Origin: Candidatus Harrisonbacteria bacterium | GTDB lineage: Bacteria > Patescibacteriota > Minisyncoccia > UBA6257 > 02-FULL-45-10c | NCBI GenBank assembly: GCA_016192685.1 | Contig: JACPTS010000001.1 | Location: 529,099-593,098 of the forward strand | Reading direction: 5' to 3' | DNA: 64,000 nucleotides | Shown: positions 17,698-27,079 of the stretch, piece after piece | How the letters are laid out: each line of letters begins with the position of its first letter | How positions within the stretch are numbered: the first letter of the stretch is position 1 | Notes under the pieces: model-generated | What the model saw: the letters and a program-made list of their open reading frames with translations, nothing else | Database searches by the model: none | What the model was told of the DNA's origin: nothing | Made by a program: the position numbers and the translations under genes

Positions 17698-19149
17698 TTA
17701 GTTGGGGATGACCAGCGGTCCGGCTGGAGTGTCCTCTATACTAAATCCTAACGTTTCTATTTCTTTCCGCAAGGCGTCCGCTTGAGTAAATTGTTTATTA
17801 GCTCTTAATAACTCCCGCTTTTTCGCCATTTGCCTGATTTTAGCGGGAATTTTCGGGAGATTTTTGAGATTTAGACCCAAAATTGAATCTAATTTTAAAA
17901 TTTCTTTTAAAGCCAGTCCGGCGTTTTGGCTGTTCAATTTATTTTCTTTCTGCAGGCCGGCTAATTGGTTTAATAATTCGTGAATGGATCCTAGGGCTTC
18001 CGGCGTATTTAGGTCGTCGTTGATTGCGTTTTTAAATTTTCTGACCGCAGTTGCGATTAATTGTTTGGATTCGGAAGCATTTTTAGTTTTTAGTTTGGAA
18101 TAGCCTTGGAGCAGAGATAAATTGTGTTTTAATCCAACATAAGCATTGGCCGCCGACTTTAAACTGTCCCAACTGAAATTAAGCCTGGATCGGTAATGCG
18201 AGGTAAGAATCAGGTATCGGAAAGCCAAAGGATCAAAACCTTCTTTTTTTAAATCATTTATGGTAATAAAATTTCCAACTGATTTTCCCATCCGGTTTTG
18301 GTCAATCAGCAAAAATTCTCCATGCATCCAATATTTGGCAAGCGGTTTATTAAAAGCGCCTTCGGATTGGGCGATCTCGTTGGTGTGGTGTACATTGATG
18401 TGGTCTACTCCGCCAGTATGAATATCAAACGGCTGCCCCAAGAATTTTGTTGAAATAGCTGAACATTCTATATGCCATCCCGGGAATCCATCGCTCCAAG
18501 GCGATGGCCAGCGCATAATATGGTTTTTAAAATCACCCACTAATTTAAACCAGAGCGCGAAATCCGCCGGATGCCGTTTTTCTGGATCAGCCACAACTTC
18601 TTCGCGGGCGGCGGTTATTTTTTCCGAAAGCGGCTGTCGGGAAAGCTCGGTGTAGTTTCTAAATTTAGAGACATCAAAATATACTGCTTTAGAAGTTTCA
18701 TAAGCCAACCCTTTTTTAAACAAAGTTTTTACGATTTTTATCTGTTCTGGAATGGTTTTGGTCGCCGGAACGAGCAATTTCGGAACTTTTATATTCAGAT
18801 CTTTAATGTCTTTTAAAAATTCTTCGGTATAGAATTTAGTGACATCCCAAACCGATTTTTTTTCTTTTTTCGCTTCTTTTTCAATTTTGTCTTCTCCGGT
18901 ATCAGCATCAGAGGTTAAATGGCCGACATCGGTGGTATTCATAACTCGTTTTACTTTGTAGCCATTGTATTCTAGCGCTCGCTGTAAAACATCTTCAAAA
19001 ACATAAGTGCGTAGATTGCCGATATGGGCGTAGTTATAAACGGTCGGACCGCAGGTATAAAGCCCGACTTGTTTTCCGTGAAGCGGCTTAAAAATTTCTT
19101 TTTTTCTGGAGAGAGTATTAAAAATATGTAACATTTTAACAATTAACAA
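17698..19149 (-). CDS. cysS: Cysteinyl-tRNA synthetase
   Basis: HIGN motif (YAHIGNLR) and KMSKS-like motif (RMGKSVGN). 483 aa. Confidence 0.9.
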   Translation of the reverse strand: MLIVKMLHIFNTLSRKKEIFKPLHGKQVGLYTCGPTVYNYAHIGNLRTYVFEDVLQRALEYNGYKVKRVMNTTDVGHLTSDADTGEDKIEKEAKKEKKSVWDVTKFYTEEFLKDIKDLNIKVPKLLVPATKTIPEQIKIVKTLFKKGLAYETSKAVYFDVSKFRNYTELSRQPLSEKITAAREEVVADPEKRHPADFALWFKLVGDFKNHIMRWPSPWSDGFPGWHIECSAISTKFLGQPFDIHTGGVDHINVHHTNEIAQSEGAFNKPLAKYWMHGEFLLIDQNRMGKSVGNFITINDLKKEGFDPLAFRYLILTSHYRSRLNFSWDSLKSAANAYVGLKHNLSLLQGYSKLKTKNASESKQLIATAVRKFKNAINDDLNTPEALGSIHELLNQLAGLQKENKLNSQNAGLALKEILKLDSILGLNLKNLPKIPAKIRQMAKKRELLRANKQFTQADALRKEIETLGFSIEDTPAGPLVIPN

Positions 19150-19170
19150 TTAACAATTAACAATTAACAA
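19134..19170. repeat. Tandem 7-mer repeat (aattaac) x4-5
   Basis: atttaac aattaac aattaac aattaac aattaac, lying over the cysS start region. Confidence 0.6.
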
Positions 19171-19220
19171 AAATATGTTAAATGTTAGTAGTTAAAAGTC
19201 ATTAGTTAGCGCTACTGGCG

Positions 19221-20129
19221 CTAAAGCCACCCTTTTCTTCTAAAAAATATCAATAATAGTATAGTCACTATTAATACTAAAATAAAGCTAGAGCCGAAGA
19301 TGACGGGGTTGCTCCCAATCAGATCATCTATAATTTTTACATTAAAAAACGAGGTAAGAAGCACCAGTGGGAAAGTAAGGAAAGCCAGCACCGTAAATCT
19401 TTGCATCACGGCGTTGGTTTTGGCGTTTAAAAGCTGGGAATTGGTTCCCTCCAGTGCCGCCACGGTTTCCTTAAAATTATCAAGCTGCTGCATGATTTTG
19501 AGGTGGTCTCCGGCCAGGTCGGAAAAGTAAATTTTCATTGGCTCGCCCCAAAATCGCGCCCCCACGTCGCGCAGCGATTCCAGCAGGATTTTTTGCGGTT
19601 CGCTGATAATGCTGTAATCGAAAATATCTCTTTTTAGATAGGAAATCCTTTGCAATAATTGCCCTTCTTTATTTTTGAAAAGCTCGCCGCTTAAGGAAGT
19701 GACGTTTTCTTCAATGTGCCGGAGCTGGCGTTCCGAAAAAGAAAGAATTTCTTCAATCAGGTGATAGATGGTTCTGCCGGTATTTTCTCCGAGCGTCCGG
19801 TCTTTAAAATTTTTATCGTTATTTAAACGCCGCCAGAAATTATTCAGCGGCTCCAGGTCTTCATAATGGACGGTAATGATTTTGTCTTTGGTAATCAGAA
19901 AATCCACTTCTGCCCGCCGGGAGCTTTTTAGGTTGCGGTCATATATCGGCAGGTGATAGGTCATAAAGAGATAATTCTCATACGGTTCTACCCGCGATCG
20001 TGCTGACGGATGGAGAAGCTCATCTAAAATAATCGGATGGAATTTATGCTGTTTGCGGATAAACTCAATATCTTTTTTTGTCGGATCTTGAACGTCAATC
20101 CAAGTTAATTTGTCCTTGATGATTCGCAT
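19221..20129 (-). CDS. CorA-like divalent cation transporter
   Basis: CorA-like N-terminal domain and 2 C-terminal TM helices. The canonical GMN motif is replaced by FFN. Confidence 0.55.
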   Translation of the reverse strand: MRIIKDKLTWIDVQDPTKKDIEFIRKQHKFHPIILDELLHPSARSRVEPYENYLFMTYHLPIYDRNLKSSRRAEVDFLITKDKIITVHYEDLEPLNNFWRRLNNDKNFKDRTLGENTGRTIYHLIEEILSFSERQLRHIEENVTSLSGELFKNKEGQLLQRISYLKRDIFDYSIISEPQKILLESLRDVGARFWGEPMKIYFSDLAGDHLKIMQQLDNFKETVAALEGTNSQLLNAKTNAVMQRFTVLAFLTFPLVLLTSFFNVKIIDDLIGSNPVIFGSSFILVLIVTILLLIFFRRKGWL

Positions 20130-20155
20130 ATTTCAATTATATCACAGCAAAGTGA

Positions 20156-20291
20156 GCTACCTATCTGCCGTGCGGCAACTACGGAGCCGCAATTTGCTCG
20201 GTTTCGCCGAAGGCGAAAAATTGCGGCGAGGCGTAGGCGGCGCCGACCGCAGGAGTCGGCGAACGCCGGTGCCGATAGGCAGATAGGTAGC
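20156..20291 (-). repeat. GC-rich palindromic repeat element, family A, copy 2 (reverse orientation)
   Basis: cggcaactacggagc...gaggcgtaggcg...cgccggtgccg with terminal inverted repeat gctacctatctgcc/ggcagataggtagc. Confidence 0.7.
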
Positions 20292-20300
20292 GAGCGTCTT

Positions 20301-20327
20301 TTGGCACTCTATTGACAAGAGTGATAA
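20301..20327 (+). promoter_or_regulatory. CIRCE-like HrcA operator (imperfect)
   Basis: TTGGCACTC-N9-GAGTGATAA compared with consensus TTAGCACTC-N9-GAGTGCTAA, directly upstream of hrcA. Confidence 0.65.
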
Positions 20328-20347
20328 AAGTTTTATAATGCTTTAAT

Positions 20348-21052
20348 ATGGATTTAAGGAGAAAAACGGTTTTAGAAACAGCCATTAAAGAATATATTCG
20401 GAGCGGGGAGCCGGTAGGTTCTAAAGAACTCGCGAAAAAATACGATTTCGGCGTAAAAGCCGCGAGCATCCGGAATGAGCTTGGCCAACTTACCAAAGAC
20501 GGATTTTTAGCCCAGCTCCATACTTCCGGCGGCCGGGTGCCGACGGATAAGGGTTATCAGCTGTTCGTGGCATCTACGCTGGAAAATGTGGTGGAATCCA
20601 AAAAAATTCTGGAAGGCCGTTATGGGGCGCTGGCCGGCGATCTCCGCACTGGTAAACTGAAAGAATTCGTGGATGCTTTTTCCGGAGAAATGAAGCTTTT
20701 GGGCGTTGGCAAAAAAGAAAAAGAAATTCAGGCGTACAAGAGCGGCTTGAAGGATTTAGTAGAGCATTTAGATATTAGCACCAAAAAAGAAATGTCAGAG
20801 ATAGTGAACGATTTTGAATCATTAGATAGCCGGATTGACGAGGTGCGAGAGAAGATTTTTAATACCCTCCGTTTGCCCCAGGTATTTATCGGCAAAAGCC
20901 CGATTACCAAAAGCAAGAATCTTTCGGTGGTGATGGACAGCTTCAATATTAAAGATGGCAAGGTGCTGGTGGCAGTGATCGGGCCGAAGCGGATGGATTA
21001 TGATAAAACTTTAAAGGCATTTAAGCAGTTAAAAAATGAGTTAAAGAATTAA
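20348..21052 (+). CDS. hrcA: Heat-inducible transcription repressor HrcA (short form)
   Basis: N-terminal wHTH TVLETAIKEYIRSGEPVGSKELAKKY. 234 aa. Confidence 0.8.
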   Translation: MDLRRKTVLETAIKEYIRSGEPVGSKELAKKYDFGVKAASIRNELGQLTKDGFLAQLHTSGGRVPTDKGYQLFVASTLENVVESKKILEGRYGALAGDLRTGKLKEFVDAFSGEMKLLGVGKKEKEIQAYKSGLKDLVEHLDISTKKEMSEIVNDFESLDSRIDEVREKIFNTLRLPQVFIGKSPITKSKNLSVVMDSFNIKDGKVLVAVIGPKRMDYDKTLKAFKQLKNELKN

Positions 21053-21059
21053 TTTTTTT

Positions 21060-21207
21060 GATAGCTCTGCATATCTGCCTACCGGCACCGGCGTCGTTTC
21101 GCTCCTGCGGCGAAACGCGCCTACGCCTCGCTCCGAAATTTTCGCTTCGCGAAAGCCGAGCATTTCGGAGCTCCGTAGTTGCCGCACGGCAGATATCCAG
21201 AGCTATC
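21060..21207 (+). repeat. GC-rich palindromic repeat element, family A, copy 3
   Basis: ccggcaccggcgtcgtttcgc...cgcctacgcctcgctccgaaattttcgcttcgcgaaa...tttcggagctccgtagttgccg with terminal inverted repeat gatagctctgcatatctgcc/ggcagatatccagagctatc. Confidence 0.75.
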
Positions 21208-21214
21208 TATTACT

Positions 21215-21727
21215 ATGAGTGAAGATAATAAAGACGAAAAATTAAATTCCGAGGAGGAAGTTGGGGAAGAAAAGAAGCCAAAGGACGGGGAAGAAGTAGA
21301 TAAGCTGAAAGCCGAACGGGACGAATATCTTAACGGCTGGAAGCGAGCAAAAGCGGATTTAATCAATTATCAGAAAGACGAAGGCAAGCGGTTTGAGGAA
21401 ATGGCGGAATACGTGACCGGAGCTATGGTAAGAGATTTAATTCCGGTGCTGGATAGTTTTGAACTGGGAATCGCCGCGCTTGAAAAAAACGGTCCGGTGG
21501 ATAAAGGAGTTTACATTATAAAAACCCAGCTGGAAGAAGTTTTAAAGAAAAAAGGTTTGGAAAAAATTAAAGTTTCTCCTGGCGACCCATTTGATACTAT
21601 GAAACATGAATCAATTGGTGAAGTGGAGGGGAAAGGCGTTTCGGGACAAGTAGCAGAAGAAATTGAATCCGGCTATATGTTAAATGGCAAAGTCGTAAGG
21701 CCGGCACGCGTAAAGCTGACAAAATAA
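21215..21727 (+). CDS. grpE: Nucleotide exchange factor GrpE
   Basis: Acidic N-terminus, coiled coil, GrpE C-terminal beta domain. Start set at the ATG downstream of the repeat. Confidence 0.85.
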   Translation: MSEDNKDEKLNSEEEVGEEKKPKDGEEVDKLKAERDEYLNGWKRAKADLINYQKDEGKRFEEMAEYVTGAMVRDLIPVLDSFELGIAALEKNGPVDKGVYIIKTQLEEVLKKKGLEKIKVSPGDPFDTMKHESIGEVEGKGVSGQVAEEIESGYMLNGKVVRPARVKLTK

Positions 21728-21800
21728 CTACAATAAAATTAACTACAATAAACCACAATTAACTACAACTGTCGTATCTTGTAGTTATCTGTAGTCTATT
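21728..21800. repeat. Direct plus inverted 9-mer repeats in the grpE-dnaK intergenic region
   Basis: taactacaa occurs 3 times in direct orientation and is followed by its inverse ttgtagtta. Confidence 0.5.
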
Positions 21801-21810
21801 GTCAAAATAT

Positions 21811-23676
21811 ATGAGCAAAATCTTGGGTATAGATTTAGGCACAACTAATTCCGCGATGGCGATTATGGAATCCAGCGGTCCGCGCGTTTTGGAAAACTCG
21901 GAAGGCAATCGCACTACGCCGTCCATCGTAGCATTCTCAAAATCCAAAGAACGTTTGGTTGGTTTGCTTGCCAAACGGCAATCCGTCACTAATCCGCAAA
22001 ATACCATTTATTCGGTAAAGCGGTTTATTGGCCGGAAATTCAGCGATAAAGAAGTCCAGCACGACAAGAAAGTTCTTCCGTATGAAATCCGAGAAGGCGC
22101 TAATAACAGCGTGGAGGTGAAAATGGGCGAGGAATGGCTGAAGCCGGAACAGGTTTCCGCGATGGTGCTTGGAAAATTAAAAACCGACGCCGAAGCCCAG
22201 CTTGGCGAAAAAATTGAAGAAGCGGTGATTACCGTGCCGGCTTATTTTGATGATTCCCAGCGGCAGGCAACCAAAAACGCCGGAGAAATCGCCGGACTGA
22301 AAGTAAAAAGGATTTTAAACGAGCCGACCGCCGCCGCCCTTGCTTATGGCTTGGATAAAAAGAAGAATGAACAAATTGCGGTCTATGATTTTGGCGGCGG
22401 AACTTTTGACGTTTCCGTGCTGGAAGTCGGGGATGACACCGTGGAAGTAAAAGCCACTGGCGGCGACACCCATTTGGGCGGCGATGATTTTGACAAAAAA
22501 ATCGTGGAATATCTGATTACGGAATATAAGAAACAGGAAGGTGTGGATATTTCCAAAGACCCGTTGGCGCTTCAGCGTTTGCGGGAAGCCGCGGAAAAAG
22601 CCAAGCATGAGCTTTCCAGTTCCATGGAAGCGGAAATCAACCTTCCATATATTAGTTCGGACGCATCCGGGCCAAAGCATTTTGTCATGAAGCTTACCAG
22701 GGCAAAATTGGAAAGTTTAGTTCAGGAATTTATTGATAAATCTATTGAACTTGCCCTTAAAACCGTCAAAGACGCGAAATTTGATATAAAAGATATTGAT
22801 GAAGTTATTTTAGTCGGCGGCCAGACCAGAATGCCGGCAATGGCGGAAGCGGTGAAAAAAGCTTTTGGCAAAGAACCGCATAAAGGTGTGAATCCGGATG
22901 AGGTAGTGGCAGTCGGAGCTGCAGTGCAAGCCGGAATCATGCAGGGCGATGTGAAAGATATTTTGCTTTTGGATGTTACCCCGCTTTCGGTTGGTATTGA
23001 AACTTTAGGCGGAGTTTTCACTCGCCTCATTGAAAAAAATACAACCATTCCAACTGCTAAAACCCAAATTTTTTCCACTGCCGCGGACAATCAGACTTCG
23101 GTGGAAATTAATGTGCTTCAGGGAGAGCGGGAAATGGCTGCGGACAATAAAACTTTGGCGCGGTTTATTTTGGATGGAATTCCGCCATCTCCGCGAGGCA
23201 TGCCGCAAGTGGAAGTTACTTTTGACATTGATGCCAATGGAATTTTAAACGTGTCTGCCAAAGACAAAGCCAGCGGCAAAACCCAATCAGTAAAAATTGA
23301 AGCCAGCACCAGCTTATCCAAAGATGAAGTGGAGCGCTTGAAAAACGAAGCGAAAATGCACGAAGCCGAAGACAAGAAAAAGCGGGAACTGGTGGATTTG
23401 AAAAATACCGCCGAAAGCACAGTCTATATGGCAGAGAAAGCGTTGAAAGATATACCAGCTGAGAAAGCGGCAGGCGCTAGTGACGTTATTAAATCTGTTC
23501 AGGAAAAAATAGACGCATTAAAAGGAGTCAAAGACAGCACTAATGTCGAAGCAATTAAAAAAGCTTTAAGTGAACTTTCTCAAGAACTCCAAAAAATCGG
23601 ACAATACATGAATCAGCAAACTGGCGGCCAGCAACCGCCAGCAAGTGAATCGCCGTCAGAAGAAGATAAAAAATAA
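21811..23676 (+). CDS. dnaK: Molecular chaperone DnaK (Hsp70)
   Basis: [17 protein letters not shown], full ATPase and substrate-binding domains. Confidence 0.95.
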   Translation: MSKILGIDLGTTNSAMAIMESSGPRVLENSEGNRTTPSIVAFSKSKERLVGLLAKRQSVTNPQNTIYSVKRFIGRKFSDKEVQHDKKVLPYEIREGANNSVEVKMGEEWLKPEQVSAMVLGKLKTDAEAQLGEKIEEAVITVPAYFDDSQRQATKNAGEIAGLKVKRILNEPTAAALAYGLDKKKNEQIAVYDFGGGTFDVSVLEVGDDTVEVKATGGDTHLGGDDFDKKIVEYLITEYKKQEGVDISKDPLALQRLREAAEKAKHELSSSMEAEINLPYISSDASGPKHFVMKLTRAKLESLVQEFIDKSIELALKTVKDAKFDIKDIDEVILVGGQTRMPAMAEAVKKAFGKEPHKGVNPDEVVAVGAAVQAGIMQGDVKDILLLDVTPLSVGIETLGGVFTRLIEKNTTIPTAKTQIFSTAADNQTSVEINVLQGEREMAADNKTLARFILDGIPPSPRGMPQVEVTFDIDANGILNVSAKDKASGKTQSVKIEASTSLSKDEVERLKNEAKMHEAEDKKKRELVDLKNTAESTVYMAEKALKDIPAEKAAGASDVIKSVQEKIDALKGVKDSTNVEAIKKALSELSQELQKIGQYMNQQTGGQQPPASESPSEEDKK

Positions 23677-23679
23677 TTT

Positions 23680-24504
23680 ATGGAAATAATAACAAAGAAA
23701 TTTTATTTAAAGCTTGGTTTATCAGAAAAAGATATTTTAGCTCTTAATAAAGAGCTTTCATTACTCGCTGGACTTAAATTAAGTCCATCTGCCAAACCTC
23801 GTCGTATAGAAATGTTACAAGAGGCCATTCGATGGCCAAAAGGTAAAAATCAAGAAAAAAGGAAAATAACGGAGCTTTATAAATCTGGTGATTTTATAGT
23901 TGCCGTTGGTAAACCAGGAAAAGAAGCGGCGCCAGCTTTCAAACGGAAACATTACATAACTGGCAAGATTACTAATAATCCAAATGACATGAACCCCTTT
24001 GTTATGAGGGGAGGTAAAAAAGTTGGGAATGATTTAACTTTTGCAGAATTATTTGAGCAAATTGAACATTTAATTCGAGCAGATTTACTTGGATTGGAAC
24101 TTTTAGGGATGCTTATATTCAGAATGGCTTTTATGTTAGATCACAAAAAAGATTTAAAGGGGAAATGGAGATATATTCCTCCGGAAAAATCTTTGGCAAT
24201 GCTTAAAAAACGACTCCCTAAAGTTGGCGATATTCCGGTAGATATATTTTTATATTTTCTCGATGTATTAGCTCTCAATGAGGATGTTAAGATGCATACC
24301 TTGGGTCATGAAAATGCTCGATATGATTATGGACGAGTCAATACTTTACTTACCTTTACTCACTTAATTGCAGTTTTATTAAATCGACGCTCTCTAGCAA
24401 AATTTGCTGGTACGTTTGCTCGGCCACCTTCGGGAATGGCTCCACTACCTAAAATAAAAGGACTTTTTGAAACTTATCCTCTTTTATCTCCAGATTTTGT
24501 TTAA
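23680..24504 (+). CDS. Hypothetical protein, possible PD-(D/E)xK nuclease
   Basis: 274 aa. Contains IPVD-x12-EDVK. Its 3' end overlaps the fused LexA-MTase gene by 4 nt in convergent orientation. Confidence 0.3.
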   Translation: MEIITKKFYLKLGLSEKDILALNKELSLLAGLKLSPSAKPRRIEMLQEAIRWPKGKNQEKRKITELYKSGDFIVAVGKPGKEAAPAFKRKHYITGKITNNPNDMNPFVMRGGKKVGNDLTFAELFEQIEHLIRADLLGLELLGMLIFRMAFMLDHKKDLKGKWRYIPPEKSLAMLKKRLPKVGDIPVDIFLYFLDVLALNEDVKMHTLGHENARYDYGRVNTLLTFTHLIAVLLNRRSLAKFAGTFARPPSGMAPLPKIKGLFETYPLLSPDFV

Positions 24505-25967
24505 ATTTTAATCCTTTTTCTTCCCAGAAATAATTTATGTTCTGGAGCAATGAAACCATTTGCGAGGCGTTTGTTTATTATGTCACAGTATTCTTTGTTG
24601 AGCTCGGCCGAAATAAATTGGCGATTTAAATTTCTGCATACATCTATTTCTGCACCACTACCACCAAAGAGAACTAAAACCTTATCTTTTGGCTTAGTTG
24701 ATGATTTAATAAACATTTCAGTTAATTTTTGTGGAATTTGACAAGCGTGAAAAGTTTTTTCTTTGCTGACATTTTTTACAAGATTAAACTCAAACCATGA
24801 GTAAGGCATTCTTCCCTTTGAGCCATTTGCCAGATTTTGACGAATTCTTCTGTCTGTTGGATTTTTATATGGTAACGCTACTGCGTCTTTGAAGAATTTA
24901 TTATCAGCACTTTTACGAACATGAAGTATGCTTCTGTGTGCTGTTGTGAATCTTTTTGGTGTATGTCCGACATTTGTATTATAAACCCAAACATACTCAT
25001 TAATATTAGGAAAATTTATATCTAAGTATTTTACGCGAAGATGTGCATTTTGTTGAGGATAGTTCATCATAAAAAGGTTCCCATCGTTTTTTAGAACTCT
25101 CATTGATTCCTTAGTAAGTTCGGTATACCAATTTAAATAATCGTCAAAATTTCTTGTATAGTTATTACTACCATATCTAATACCGACATTATAATCCGGA
25201 TCCCCAAAAATCATGTCAATGCTATTATTTGGCAGGTCTTTCAAAACATGCATTATATCGCCGTTGTAAACTTTATTGATATATTCAGAAATATTTCCAC
25301 GTTGTTGGGGGCTTTTTTTAGAGGGTAGAATAAATGATTGGTTTAATTGTTTTATCTTATTAGTTTCAATAACATCCAGCATAATTCCTTGAATATGAAA
25401 ATCTTGTCCGCGGCGCACAATTATCGGCTCCATTTTTTTATTTGCCGGTTGTAGACGAACTTGCCCGCGTTCTTTATAGAATTTTTTAAGCGTTGCTCCA
25501 CCATCAACTAAGGCCACAATTTTTTGACCATTTTCAGCAGTGCTTTGGTGGCGCACAAGAATTGTATCGCCATCATTAATATTTTCATCAATCATACTGT
25601 TACCAGCTACTTTTAAAGCGTAAATATTGCTATTGCTGGAATTGGGGAGTTTATTTTTAGGAATCGCTATATTTTCGCTTACAGTATCAAATAGTGTTAA
25701 TGGTTGACCGGCAGCAATAGTGCCCAGTAGGGGAATTTGAACCATTTGTTCATTTTGGTTAGATAATTCAATCCCACGAGAGATGTTATCATTTCGTCGT
25801 AAAAAACCTTTTTCTACAATCGCATCAATATGTTCCAATATCGTTGAGTGCGCGGAGAGGCGAAAATGTTTTTTAATTTCCTCCGTGGTAGGGGAAATAG
25901 ATTGTTTTTTAATAAAATCAGAAACAAAATCGTAAATTTGTTTTTGACGTCTTGTCAGTGTTGCCAT
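24501..25967 (-). CDS. Fusion protein: LexA-type repressor (wHTH plus S24 autopeptidase) fused to a beta-class N4/N6 DNA methyltransferase
   Basis: The N-terminal approximately 200 aa form a complete LexA: wHTH, hinge IPLLGTIAAGQP with the Ala-Gly scissile bond, Ser VAGNSM, Lys ATLKK. The C-terminal approximately 290 aa carry MTase motif IV (IFGDPDYN) ahead of motif I (VLFGGSGAE). Single uninterrupted ORF of 488 aa. Confidence 0.75.
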   Translation of the reverse strand: MATLTRRQKQIYDFVSDFIKKQSISPTTEEIKKHFRLSAHSTILEHIDAIVEKGFLRRNDNISRGIELSNQNEQMVQIPLLGTIAAGQPLTLFDTVSENIAIPKNKLPNSSNSNIYALKVAGNSMIDENINDGDTILVRHQSTAENGQKIVALVDGGATLKKFYKERGQVRLQPANKKMEPIIVRRGQDFHIQGIMLDVIETNKIKQLNQSFILPSKKSPQQRGNISEYINKVYNGDIMHVLKDLPNNSIDMIFGDPDYNVGIRYGSNNYTRNFDDYLNWYTELTKESMRVLKNDGNLFMMNYPQQNAHLRVKYLDINFPNINEYVWVYNTNVGHTPKRFTTAHRSILHVRKSADNKFFKDAVALPYKNPTDRRIRQNLANGSKGRMPYSWFEFNLVKNVSKEKTFHACQIPQKLTEMFIKSSTKPKDKVLVLFGGSGAEIDVCRNLNRQFISAELNKEYCDIINKRLANGFIAPEHKLFLGRKRIKI

Positions 25968-26224
25968 AAGATATTGACTTTCTTAATTCACGCTTCATAT
26001 TAATTATAACCCGACAATTTCCCGACAAGAGGCAAAATTGTGGATAACTTTTCAGTAGTTAAGAATTTGGGAGCATGAAATAAAGAAAAATCCAGATAGG
26101 GTAGTCAATAAAATTATTAAATTTTTGAAATAGAATTTGCTTCTTTTTACGAACTGATTTATACTATTCAGTAATTTAAAAAATAATACGAAAGTAGTAT
26201 TTTCTATTTTAGAAAATAATTTGT

Positions 26225-26677
26225 ATGGCAATTCAAATGGATTTAAAAAAGATTTCGTTGATTCGTATAGAGGGTGCTAAAATACTATTAGATAAAGGAG
26301 ATTATCAAGGTTCTGCATATATGATGGGTCTTGCTCTAGAGTGCGCCTTAAAGGCAACTGTATGCAAAACTCTTAGAATACCCACCTATCCCGAAGATTA
26401 TAATGCCGATAAAAAAGTTCCCGACTTTTTTATGACGCATTCTTTTGTTAGACTATTATTAGTATCTGGTTTAACAGATATATTTAGTGCAAGTAGCAAT
26501 AACGTTAAAGCTTTCGATAACTGGTCCTTTTTTACGATTCAATATCCGGGTGAATGGGTGAGTATGCGCTATAGATTAGATCAGTTTGAACAAGATTTAA
26601 CAGAGGAGTTATATCAATGTTTATATTTTGATGAGAATAGCATTATTAAAGTCATTGAATATCAAAATAGATGGTAG
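26225..26677 (+). CDS. HEPN-like small protein (AT-rich accessory gene)
   Basis: N-terminal helix pattern AKILLDKGDYQGSAYMMGLALECALKA, typical of the HEPN fold. No clear Rx4-6H motif. Confidence 0.35.
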   Translation: MAIQMDLKKISLIRIEGAKILLDKGDYQGSAYMMGLALECALKATVCKTLRIPTYPEDYNADKKVPDFFMTHSFVRLLLVSGLTDIFSASSNNVKAFDNWSFFTIQYPGEWVSMRYRLDQFEQDLTEELYQCLYFDENSIIKVIEYQNRW

Positions 26678-27066
26678 ATAAACTTAAAAAAATATTAAGC
26701 AAAATGAAATCAGATGGAAAACCAGTCTGGCTATTTGCTTTTTTAAAAATGGATGAAATTATAGATAAATGGTCTTTAGTTATTTCTGCGCCTTGGATAA
26801 ATGAACAAAATCGTGATCAAGAATTTGAATATATTATCAATTTGTTAAAAGAAAATCTTAATGGCGAAGAATTATCTTCAATAGCTCGTATTAGTGTTTT
26901 GGCTAAAGATAGTCATTTAAGTCAAGAATTAATGAAGAAAAAAACAGGTGATTTAATAAAGGAAGAACAAATAAATGGCAACATTATTCACGAAGGTCAA
27001 ATATTGGAATCAAGCGTTGAGGCGCAGTGGCCATCAAATAATTTATTTGCTAAACAATCAAGTTAA
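26671..27066 (+). CDS. Hypothetical protein (overlapping partner of the HEPN-like gene)
   Basis: 131 aa. Overlaps the upstream gene by 7 nt. AT-rich. Confidence 0.3.
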   Translation: MVDKLKKILSKMKSDGKPVWLFAFLKMDEIIDKWSLVISAPWINEQNRDQEFEYIINLLKENLNGEELSSIARISVLAKDSHLSQELMKKKTGDLIKEEQINGNIIHEGQILESSVEAQWPSNNLFAKQSS

Positions 27067-27079
27067 ATTTACTTTTATA

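Noticed and set aside
20179-20496. ORF-track CDS of 105 aa on the minus strand
   Set aside because: It lies entirely over repeat A copy 2, the CIRCE and the hrcA start. It is an open frame in a GC-rich repeat, not a gene.
21121-21366. ORF-track CDS of 81 aa on the minus strand
   Set aside because: Antisense to repeat A copy 3 and to the grpE start. It is an artefact of GC-rich sequence.
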